IMG/VR virus record: IMGVR_UViG_3300015608_001846
Coordinates: 60,001-88,336 of that record
DNA from: a virus
Reading direction: 5' to 3' (one strand)
Length of the DNA: 28,336 nt
Shown: positions 20,958 through 28,333 of the stretch, in pieces
How positions within the stretch are numbered: the first letter of the stretch is position 1
How the letters are laid out: each line of letters opens with the position of its first letter
Notes under the pieces: model-generated
Database searches by the model: none
Told to the model about the DNA's origin: nothing
The model's input: the letters and a program-made list of their open reading frames with translations, nothing else
Program-made: the position numbers and the translations under genes

Positions 20958-21482
20958 TCACACGTTGGTTCGAACATTTTTGACTGCTGACGAATCCTTG
21001 AACGATCCAAACAGCTTGTCCCAGGCGGCGGTGACGACGCCATAGTTGCGTCGCATGTGCTTGTGGTGCACAAAGTGAAACCGTTGCAGCGGCTCGTACC
21101 AACCAAAACGCGACATCCAAGAACATTCGATATGAAGGTTGTCGTGCACGATATCGTTGACCACGCCGAAGCCCGCCAGGCCCACTGCCGCAGCAGCCAC
21201 AAACCACAACGACACGCCGATAAACAAAGCGATCGATCCTAGCACGACCACAATAAGCAGCAACGGTGGCGTAAACAGGAACGTACCGCTATTGAACCAC
21301 GAGGCCGTCCGATAACGAGGCGACGTCAGGTCTGCGGGAGGATACAGCTCAAGGTGGTGTTGCATGTGACCACGCCAGGCTGGGCCCATCCAGCGCTGGT
21401 GGAGGGCCCAGTGAATTCCATGACCGATCAGGCTCGAAGCGAACACTGAGATGACAAAGATGATCAGGAGGCTTAACAGCAT
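20958..21482 (-). CDS. Fatty acid hydroxylase/sterol desaturase-superfamily membrane di-iron protein (short form), paralog 1
   Basis: Histidine boxes HGIHWALH, HMQHH, VHDNLH, FHFVHHKH. C-terminal NYGVVTAAWDKLFGSF. Confidence 0.7.
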   Translation of the reverse strand: MLLSLLIIFVISVFASSLIGHGIHWALHQRWMGPAWRGHMQHHLELYPPADLTSPRYRTASWFNSGTFLFTPPLLLIVVVLGSIALFIGVSLWFVAAAAVGLAGFGVVNDIVHDNLHIECSWMSRFGWYEPLQRFHFVHHKHMRRNYGVVTAAWDKLFGSFKDSSAVKNVRTNV

Positions 21483-21519
21483 GCCAGTATGTATGACAGC
21501 CTGTAGACCTCCTGATCGA

Positions 21520-22485
21520 TCAACCGTGTTTTGTCAGGTACCTGTCAGTCAGGTCGACCAGCCAGGCATCCAGCATCGCTCGGTCGGGCTCTTTACGTAG
21601 GTGTGAGGTGACATAAAGCTCATCACACTCTGCCACGAGACGTTCTGCTTCCTCGATCAAAGAATCGAGCTCGCGGCCGCCCATCTTGATAGCCAAGAGC
21701 TCCTCACGATCAGGACGCTTGACGATGACACCCATCCCACTCATGATCTCTTTGCACATACGCATCAAGCGGATGAGATGCGAACCGTGCTTGGTGTCAT
21801 AACCAAACTTGAGCTCGAGGTTCGCTCGAGCAGGGTTACGGGTCTTCAACCACGTCTGGTACTGCGTCCATCTCGTTGCTGCAGCTTGATACTGGTGTTC
21901 CTTAGTGTACAAGGTGATCAGGTTCTTGGGCAAGCCGGCCTGTTGCATCTCAAGCTCTGATTTCCACTGTGCCTGCGCAGCACCCAGTTCGCTGGGAGAC
22001 AGCTTAGTCTCTGCCGAGAGGCCGAACTTCTCCCGTGACGGGGGCTCAGTCGGAGGGTTGGTGATCCACTCACGATGGGTCTTGATTCGCTTCAGTTGGG
22101 TGTGAGCGTAACCAGAGAAGGTGTGCTTAGCTTTTTTTGAGATGAAATCGTTCCGTTTGTCCCTCAACTCTTCGCCGAAGGCATCACAGGTCAGCACGTC
22201 AAAATCATCGACGTGCAGGACCTCAATGATGTTTGGGTTGCAGTCAGCGGCGAGCTTGACGAACTTGTCGAGCGAATAAACGACCTTGTCGACACCATCT
22301 GTCTTTGAGCCCATGTGCTCGAATTGTTGCTCAAATCGTTGCACAAAGCCAAAGTACGCTTCTTTGGGCTTTATGCAAACACCCTTGAAGTCTTCGTCGC
22401 TTTGAGGCGTGTTCAAACCGTACGCGTACGATCCGTGCCTCACTAACAAGATCGTCCGTCTATCAACATCAAATTGCATCAGCAA
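21520..22485 (-). CDS. Pol-beta-superfamily nucleotidyltransferase (predicted nucleotidyltransferase / RlaP-like, as far as I recall the family name)
   Basis: HGSYAYGLNTPQSDEDFKGV (GS...D.D NTase motif), NPNIIEVL, FSGYAHTQLKRIK. Confidence 0.65.
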   Translation of the reverse strand: MLMQFDVDRRTILLVRHGSYAYGLNTPQSDEDFKGVCIKPKEAYFGFVQRFEQQFEHMGSKTDGVDKVVYSLDKFVKLAADCNPNIIEVLHVDDFDVLTCDAFGEELRDKRNDFISKKAKHTFSGYAHTQLKRIKTHREWITNPPTEPPSREKFGLSAETKLSPSELGAAQAQWKSELEMQQAGLPKNLITLYTKEHQYQAAATRWTQYQTWLKTRNPARANLELKFGYDTKHGSHLIRLMRMCKEIMSGMGVIVKRPDREELLAIKMGGRELDSLIEEAERLVAECDELYVTSHLRKEPDRAMLDAWLVDLTDRYLTKHG

Positions 22486-22554
22486 ACCTTGCTTTCGTTG
22501 CTCTAAATTACTCGCACAACATCACACATCGTTTACCAAAATGCACAATGAACC

Positions 22555-23169
22555 TCACCTGTTGATCCAGGCCGCCGCGGCATTGATGATCCTGGGGTGT
22601 GCGTTAACCAGGACATCGCGCCAAGGAACATCGTGGAGGGGCTCCAGACCCATTCTGGTGATCATCTCCCAACGTTTTGGGCGCCCTTCACGCAGGAGCG
22701 ACGGGTTCAAGATGAAAAGGCGCATCGCCTCAGCCATCACTTCGTACGGATTGGGCTCGTAACCTGACACGGGTGCCTCAACCTTGGCAACTTTCTTGAT
22801 ATCGTCGATCGATGATCCTTCAGTCGACCGCTTCAGCAGTTCAAAGTGTGTGTGGTGCCCGATCTCGTGTGCCAGGATGCCAGGCGCGGTCAGGTCAGCC
22901 TTGAAACCGGTGAACGACCACGCGAACCCAGGCGTCTTGACGGGTGCCCGCGACCTTTTGAGGTTGACAAAGACGATCCCGTTCCAATACCATCCATTGT
23001 TGTGCCAAGGATTCTTGCCCGGGGGTTTCTTTGCATCGTCGGGCACAAAGAGGTACTCTCGAGGATGCGAGATCCCATTGAGGTCAAGGAAGGCCTGTGC
23101 GTAGAGGATCGCCTCACGGATCACAACGTACTTGTCATATGTGACGGGATCAACGACAATGGGTCCCAT
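22555..23169 (-). CDS. Putative HExxH zinc-dependent hydrolase (zincin-like), otherwise hypothetical
   Basis: GILAHEIGHHTHFE plus a downstream acidic EVMAEAMR. No signal peptide. Confidence 0.5.
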   Translation of the reverse strand: MGPIVVDPVTYDKYVVIREAILYAQAFLDLNGISHPREYLFVPDDAKKPPGKNPWHNNGWYWNGIVFVNLKRSRAPVKTPGFAWSFTGFKADLTAPGILAHEIGHHTHFELLKRSTEGSSIDDIKKVAKVEAPVSGYEPNPYEVMAEAMRLFILNPSLLREGRPKRWEMITRMGLEPLHDVPWRDVLVNAHPRIINAAAAWINR

Positions 23170-23217
23170 GGCAGGTTCATCCTACCACAAGACCCTCTGA
23201 CGTTTCACAGCGTCTTA

Positions 23218-23631
23218 TTACTTGATTTCGACCTTAAACGTTGCAGACCTCGTCGTCAGGGGGACAAGCTCGATCCGCAACACACCATCGGCTAGCGTCG
23301 ACGTCGTCTTAGCGACGTCGTACTCTGTCTGGAGACGAAACCTCTTCTCGACCTTCGTGTTATCCCTTGTGAACGAAAGCATCAAGACGTCATCCTCAAT
23401 GATGAGGTTGATGTCAGAGCGCTTGACGCCCGGCACATCATACGTCATGATGTGCCTTCCATCGATGACTTCGAACTTATACGGATCGGAAGCTAGCGCG
23501 CCGAGATCCCTGATGGAATGTGTCATCGTCCAGCTGGGAAATACGTCACCGATATCGCCAAAGATCCCAGAAAAATCAAATGGTCTCTTGTTAATAGAAC
23601 GGTTCATCTTCTTACCGTAAGACGCCAGCAT
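23218..23631 (-). CDS. hsp20: Small heat shock protein (Hsp20/alpha-crystallin domain)
   Basis: YDVPGVKRSDINLIIEDDVLMLSFTR...FRLQTEYDV...STLADGVLRIELV is the canonical alpha-crystallin-domain pattern. Confidence 0.8.
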   Translation of the reverse strand: MLASYGKKMNRSINKRPFDFSGIFGDIGDVFPSWTMTHSIRDLGALASDPYKFEVIDGRHIMTYDVPGVKRSDINLIIEDDVLMLSFTRDNTKVEKRFRLQTEYDVAKTTSTLADGVLRIELVPLTTRSATFKVEIK

Positions 23632-23646
23632 TTCTTATTTCACCTT

Positions 23647-23670
23647 CCTGTGCAGCCTTGATTGCACAGG
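23647..23670 (-). promoter_or_regulatory. Hairpin (8-bp stem, 8-nt loop) abutting the hsp20 Shine-Dalgarno sequence
   Basis: cctgtgca-gccttgat-tgcacagg. On the minus strand the 3' arm runs straight into AAGGTG, 9 nt before the hsp20 ATG. Confidence 0.3.
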
Positions 23671-23713
23671 ATCACGATAACCATCCTAGCGTTGGTGTAC
23701 AGGCCTATGAACG

Positions 23714-24163
23714 TTAGCGTGCGGTTGGGTACTCAATTCCCTCAAATTCGACATTGAATTCAACGAACGTTGAAGAGGTACACTCCTGAACGGGACGTTC
23801 GGCATAGTCGAGGGGCGTAAAGCTCAAACGGTGAGGAAAGACTCTCATCTTCCAACGTTCAATTAACGTACCATTTTGGTCAAGATAACAAAGTTCACAT
23901 GCTCGATAGACATCGTAACTCGCCATCCAGGCGCAGAGATCTTTGTTCAGCTCCACGTCCGTCGTATTGCAAAATTCGACGTGCATCGTACTGACATCAA
24001 GCCCACAGTTCTTACCTTTGTCATGACATTCTTTGGTTGGGCGTCTCTTAAACTGAGGTAATTCAACACGTTTAGCGAGGAAAGAATCGATGCCCTCGAT
24101 CTTGATCATCCATCGCAGTGTTGATTTAGATTCAAATCTTTTCACGAGAACATTAGGAACCAT
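23714..24163 (-). CDS. Hypothetical protein
   Basis: Open frame; first ATG at 24163 (MVPNVLVKRFESK...). The track start at 24208 is a TTG directly after the upstream stop. Confidence 0.5.
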   Translation of the reverse strand: MVPNVLVKRFESKSTLRWMIKIEGIDSFLAKRVELPQFKRRPTKECHDKGKNCGLDVSTMHVEFCNTTDVELNKDLCAWMASYDVYRACELCYLDQNGTLIERWKMRVFPHRLSFTPLDYAERPVQECTSSTFVEFNVEFEGIEYPTAR

Positions 24164-24211
24164 TTTCAATGATTCTACTACACGACGCGAGCCGTGTTTT
24201 GCCGGCAATCT

Positions 24212-24472
24212 CTACCAGGACTCGACGTGATCAAGCTTGAAATCGCCCTGGATCAGGAGGGCTTTCAACTGCGACATCCTCGCATCATCGACGCTCTTGA
24301 CTTTGCCACCCGACAAGAAGTCATATGCGACGTGGTCACCCTCAATGAACTACACGTTGATTTCTTGGCGCTTGTTATTGTAGTAGACGCCACCCAGGAC
24401 GATCTTGGGTGCCTTGGCACCGGCGAAAGCCTCTTTGATCAAGCGACGCAACGCACCAACTTCCAGACGCAT
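24212..24472 (-). CDS. Small motif-family protein (86 codons) interrupted by one in-frame TAG at 24350..24352
   Basis: Own translation: MRLEVGALRRLIKEAFAGAKAPKIVLGGVYYNNKRQEINV-TAG-FIEGDHVAYDFLSGGKVKSVDDARMSQLKALLIQGDFKLDHVESW-TAG. It is not in the ORF track because each half is under 60 aa. Confidence 0.45.
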
Positions 24473-24485
24473 GGAAGTAACTAGA

Positions 24486-24854
24486 TCAGTAGCCGTTCTT
24501 AATTCGATCAAAGTTGACGACACCCTTCTTCATGTAGGCCTCGTAGAGTTCATCCACCGTGACGCCGCTGGCAATCACGAGTTCGAGGTACAGGTGGAGA
24601 GCATCGACGAGCTCTTCGACGTAGGCTTCACGGTCAACTTCTGGGAGTTCAGTCGCTCGGTGCGACTTTGCGTTCTTGAGGTGCTGTCCGGCCTCGAACA
24701 ACTCTTCCATGAGGTGATTCCTGATGTCTTTCAGGAACTGCTGACCCTTCTTGGAGGTGATGTCTGTCGGAAACTGCGGAAAACCGCGTTTCACCTGTAA
24801 CAGGTACATGAATTCACATTGTTGCTGCCACATCTCATAGAGACGATCGTTCAT
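24486..24854 (-). CDS. All-alpha NTP pyrophosphohydrolase (MazG / dimeric dUTPase-like)
   Basis: LMEELFEAGQHLKNAKSHR...EAYVEELVDALHLYLEL...YMKKGVVNFDRIKNGY resembles the E..E...E..D acidic helix pattern and the K..N..R...GY tail of this superfamily. Confidence 0.5.
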   Translation of the reverse strand: MNDRLYEMWQQQCEFMYLLQVKRGFPQFPTDITSKKGQQFLKDIRNHLMEELFEAGQHLKNAKSHRATELPEVDREAYVEELVDALHLYLELVIASGVTVDELYEAYMKKGVVNFDRIKNGY

Positions 24855-25129
24855 CAGTTGGAATCCGACGGATCATCGTCGCCTCCGAGAATCAGCTTGA
24901 ATCCGCGCTGGCCTTGCAGGCGGCGCGCCTCGGCCACGAGGCGATCGTGGCCTTCTTTCACCTGCTGGACGTACTCCGGATCTTGAACAAGGAGCGAATC
25001 ATCGTCTTCATCCACACAGAGCCTCACCTGTCGCAGCAGGTCAGCTCCGTCGACTCCGGTCAGGATCGCTTCTTGAAAGATCTGGATCAGGCGTAGCGAG
25101 ACGCTGTCAGCAAAACGAAATTTCTTCAT
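24854..25129 (-). CDS. Hypothetical acidic protein
   Basis: ATG at 25129 after a purine-rich stretch. Its stop overlaps the next start (TGATG). Confidence 0.5.
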   Translation of the reverse strand: MKKFRFADSVSLRLIQIFQEAILTGVDGADLLRQVRLCVDEDDDSLLVQDPEYVQQVKEGHDRLVAEARRLQGQRGFKLILGGDDDPSDSN

Positions 25130-25145
25130 GTTCTTCTTTCTTATC

Positions 25146-25751
25146 TTACGCCACGGCAAGCGCTTGTATCGTGTTCTGAAGGTCTTGCCCGTCTAATGCA
25201 TTTCCCAAACACGTCCATCCCGGCCGGTGTCGACGGGCAAACAACTCGACGCGTGTCGTATTGGGAAACATCACGTCAAGACGATCTTGTAGGATTTCAG
25301 GTTTGGTTGAGTGTCTGACGTTGAGATCAAACCCTACGCTACGTTGACTGTGATCTTGCAAAAGCGGATAGACGCTCTTTCCAGACACTCCGATCAACGC
25401 AATTTCATGCGATTGACGAAACAACCGGCCCATGCCGACGCGCGTTGAGTTGTTGGGATTCGCTTCTTTGGCGTGGTCTTTCTTCAATTTAACCCACACC
25501 CACGTCTGACGTAACGAAAAACCCCAGGCATGCAACACATCAATGCCTCGGACTAGCAATGACCCGGGCACCCACAAGGCCAACAAGCAACCGTTAGGAT
25601 CGGCGATGTCACGTACAGGTAAGGCTGCAATCTGCGCAGGGCTCATGGTTGTGTACTGCGAGGCTGCTGAGCGCCGCGTCCGGCAGCGCATCTTTTTCAG
25701 TTCGTCATTGAATCCCCACGCGGGATCAGCAACGATGACCTGAGCCTTCAT
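25146..25751 (-). CDS. MT-A70-family N6-adenine DNA methyltransferase (variant DPAW motif IV)
   Basis: VIVADPAWGF, YTTMSPAQIAALPV, LALWVP, LHAWGF, WVWVK, HEIALIG, HSTKPE, VELFARRHRPGW. Confidence 0.85.
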   Translation of the reverse strand: MKAQVIVADPAWGFNDELKKMRCRTRRSAASQYTTMSPAQIAALPVRDIADPNGCLLALWVPGSLLVRGIDVLHAWGFSLRQTWVWVKLKKDHAKEANPNNSTRVGMGRLFRQSHEIALIGVSGKSVYPLLQDHSQRSVGFDLNVRHSTKPEILQDRLDVMFPNTTRVELFARRHRPGWTCLGNALDGQDLQNTIQALAVA

Positions 25752-26344
25752 CTCGTCCTCGCTGCAAAACGTGTGAGCGTCGTCGTGATCCGATCGTGGA
25801 CCTCATCACGCGTTCCCTGGCTGTCAATCAGTTCGTGATCCAGCGGGTTCAATTCGACCCAATTGTAATACGCTGTCCTCACGGCGTCCTGCAGGACCTG
25901 ATCGCGTTCATATGAATCGTCGATCGTGTTTCTCTTCCGTGAAGGACCGTGCAAGACACACGTCAGGTGAGCTGACACGATCAACTTGTACATCATCCAT
26001 GACAGGTAGAAGTTGGTTTGTGAGGCGATGCCGTATGCCATCGCCGACGTCTTCCAGCGATCAAGGACGACAAAGTCACATGTCAACCACAACCACAACA
26101 GGTACGTGGACTGAAAGATGAACTTGTTGATAAAGTGCACGAACTGAAAGAGGTTTGGGTGACGCCGAGCGCTACCAGAGCGCAGCATGCTGTACAGCAA
26201 CGGATGCGTCAGGCGATCGTTCCATGGAACCTCGACTCGCACCACCCGATCACCGTACCTGCGCAACGTGTGCGCTAACATCTTTGATTGGGTCGCCTTC
26301 CCCGTCTTGTCTGGGCCTTCGATTGCAATGATCTTTGCAAACAT
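25748..26344 (-). CDS. tmk: Thymidylate kinase-like P-loop kinase
   Basis: IAIEGPDKTGKATQSKMLAHTL (P-loop), VVLDRWKTSAMAYG (DRY/S..AYQ-like). ATGA overlap with the MT-A70 gene. Confidence 0.7.
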   Translation of the reverse strand: MFAKIIAIEGPDKTGKATQSKMLAHTLRRYGDRVVRVEVPWNDRLTHPLLYSMLRSGSARRHPNLFQFVHFINKFIFQSTYLLWLWLTCDFVVLDRWKTSAMAYGIASQTNFYLSWMMYKLIVSAHLTCVLHGPSRKRNTIDDSYERDQVLQDAVRTAYYNWVELNPLDHELIDSQGTRDEVHDRITTTLTRFAARTR

Positions 26345-26393
26345 GAGTCATCCTCGCTTGAATAGTAATCAGAAAGTGACTTGTGTGAACAAA

Positions 26394-27395
26394 CTAGCCC
26401 GGTTGTTGAGCAGGCACAAAAACCGACTCACCTGGGATCATCTTGCGATGACTCATCCATCCCCTGAAGTTGCCGCTGAACACATCTCTGACGTCAATGT
26501 CAGAAAGATCACACGAGACCGGTCCCTGTTTTCGAAGGATCAAGTATGCATCGTCTCGTGTCATCGGTCGAGCAACGTGTTCCGTGGGTGACATGTGACC
26601 AGAACTGACCAACCTATCGTACAGCGCGACGTCGGCTGATATGTCACGCTTTCCTTCATGGGTCAGGTACGAGACCCGAGCACAGCGCCCGATTGACACC
26701 TTGATTGCTGTCGATAGTTCAAGCATCGTTCGTCCATCAACAACCTGCTCATCGTGTTCCGATGAATCATCAGTCACCACGAGTTCATCGGGTTGCAACA
26801 GGGGAAGGTGCCACTCACCGTGTTTTAATTGCCGCGGATTCGATTCTTGCATTGCGACGTACATCAGCTCTGCGGGCTTCTGGATCTCTGGTTGCGCCAT
26901 CGAATCACGACGCAGCGCAAAGAAATTGTCGTACTCAGTCGCAGTGACGATGATCGTTTGCCAGCAGAAAGGCTCGATCAACCGATTCGCCAGCTGCTTG
27001 TGCACGCCCATCTTGGCAAGGCGATTCGCATGAAAACACGCATCCTCCTTGGCCAATCGCCAGACCTCACGTGCCAGCTTTGTGTTAGTTTCATCGAGGT
27101 CTTCGCTCGCCTGCATGCCGCTCTTGTTCTTTCCAAATGCGTCTGGGACGAAGGGGTCGCCCAACACCGACTGGATCCTCTTCTCAACTGGGATCGCTCT
27201 CGATGAAGCGCTGTTTCGAGAAAACATCCGATGGGTATTAAATTCCGCGAGAACAAGCCTCGGGATTGTCACCTCCATCGTCGTCAATCTGACCCCGGAA
27301 GGACTCAAGCTGTCTGCCAGGACCTTTGCGCCATATGCCATGTAAACCCCTATCCTTGACCCAAAAAGTTTTTCTCGAACCAACCGGTGTTTCAC
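26394..27395 (-). CDS. thyX: Flavin-dependent thymidylate synthase ThyX-like
   Basis: FNTHRMFSRNSASSRAIP fits the ThyX signature RHR..S....S.R (T replaces the first R). Later HMSPTEH fits H.SP.EH. The likely true start is ATG 27341 (MAYGAKVL); GTG 27395 is also possible. Confidence 0.75.
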   Translation of the reverse strand: MKHRLVREKLFGSRIGVYMAYGAKVLADSLSPSGVRLTTMEVTIPRLVLAEFNTHRMFSRNSASSRAIPVEKRIQSVLGDPFVPDAFGKNKSGMQASEDLDETNTKLAREVWRLAKEDACFHANRLAKMGVHKQLANRLIEPFCWQTIIVTATEYDNFFALRRDSMAQPEIQKPAELMYVAMQESNPRQLKHGEWHLPLLQPDELVVTDDSSEHDEQVVDGRTMLELSTAIKVSIGRCARVSYLTHEGKRDISADVALYDRLVSSGHMSPTEHVARPMTRDDAYLILRKQGPVSCDLSDIDVRDVFSGNFRGWMSHRKMIPGESVFVPAQQPG

Positions 27396-27399
27396 TGCC

Positions 27400-27684
27400 T
27401 CAGGTGTCTAAGGTCTGAATGTTACGATGGATGATGTCCTCTGATTCCGCCAACATGTTTCGCAAACGAACATAGTCTTCAGGCTTGACTATCGTGCACT
27501 CATAGTGCCCGTAGCGCGAGCCCCTGTTGAAGACGTACCTGACTGCATTGATCACGCGGCGCCACCACGGCGCATACTGCTCGAGGTGAACCTCGAGGAT
27601 CAGATCACCGTTTTCATCGTCAAGCGTGAACCTGACATGATGGCTCATGTCATTGCACACACAATCAAAATGCTCGACCTGCAT
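27400..27684 (-). CDS. Hypothetical protein
   Basis: Clean ORF on the coding strand; no motif recognised. Confidence 0.5.
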   Translation of the reverse strand: MQVEHFDCVCNDMSHHVRFTLDDENGDLILEVHLEQYAPWWRRVINAVRYVFNRGSRYGHYECTIVKPEDYVRLRNMLAESEDIIHRNIQTLDT

Positions 27685-27725
27685 GCGATCGATGGTACAC
27701 TGAGACCGAGCCTAGTTCAACGTTA

Positions 27726-27995
27726 TTAAACCTGTCGGACAAATTGGTACAGCTTGGCCTCGAGGAGCTCATGAACCTCTTCTTCGAGTTCCTCGAGCAC
27801 CTTGTTGGCGACTGTCATCGATTCTCGTTGCTGTGTGGCATCACGTGACTTGCTAACGACGATGAACCGTTTGATGTGTTGTCGGATCTCGTCAACGTAA
27901 CGTTCTGTCGCTTGTCGCAGGACGAACTCTGGCACGCCTTGAAGGTACTCTTCACGGATCAACGACCGCAACTCGTCGATCGTCATCTTCATCAA
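27726..27995 (-). CDS. Hypothetical helical protein with the recurring N-terminal motif
   Basis: MMKMTIDELRSLIREEYLQG... ATG overlaps the upstream stop (ATGA at 27992..27995). Confidence 0.55.
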   Translation of the reverse strand: MMKMTIDELRSLIREEYLQGVPEFVLRQATERYVDEIRQHIKRFIVVSKSRDATQQRESMTVANKVLEELEEEVHELLEAKLYQFVRQV

Positions 27996-28333
27996 CGAAT
28001 CTCAGCGTTGCTGAAGTCGCCGCCGATCAAGCTCTCTTCAACGTCCGAAATGTTTTGCAGGATACGCTTGACCAACTCTCTCGCGGCGCGATCGACCTGA
28101 TCGTCCCATTCGTCACGTGATGACATCGAAGGATCTTCTTTTGAGTACATCTCCTTCGCTTCAGCTGCCCACTCATCGACCAACGCCTCGAGGCGACTAG
28201 TCATGTCAAGTGAAACAACGGGTGAATAATCACCCTCTGCAAACGGCTCAGGTTCACCAGGACGTTTGCCTTGAATGGCTTCTTTGATGATGCTACGTAG
28301 TTCGTGTTGAGTGAGCTTGACAGGTTGTTTCAT
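27992..28333 (-). CDS. Hypothetical acidic protein with the recurring N-terminal motif
   Basis: MKQPVKLTQHELRSIIKEAIQG...; complete ORF with its ATG at 28333. Confidence 0.55.
   Translation of the reverse strand: MKQPVKLTQHELRSIIKEAIQGKRPGEPEPFAEGDYSPVVSLDMTSRLEALVDEWAAEAKEMYSKEDPSMSSRDEWDDQVDRAARELVKRILQNISDVEESLIGGDFSNAEIR

Noticed and set aside
24350-24352. Genome-wide reassignment of TAG to a sense codon as the explanation for the in-frame TAG
   Set aside because: TAG appears to terminate other well-delimited ORFs in the window, for example at 12015, 13883 and 24212. No other long gene needs TAG read-through. A global code change is unlikely; local suppression or a nonsense mutation remains possible.
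24194-24484. 96-aa plus-strand ORF (GTG start) filling the gap between 24208 and 24486
   Set aside because: It is antisense to a minus-strand frame that begins with the recurring leader motif and reads as protein on both sides of a single TAG. All neighbours are on the minus strand.
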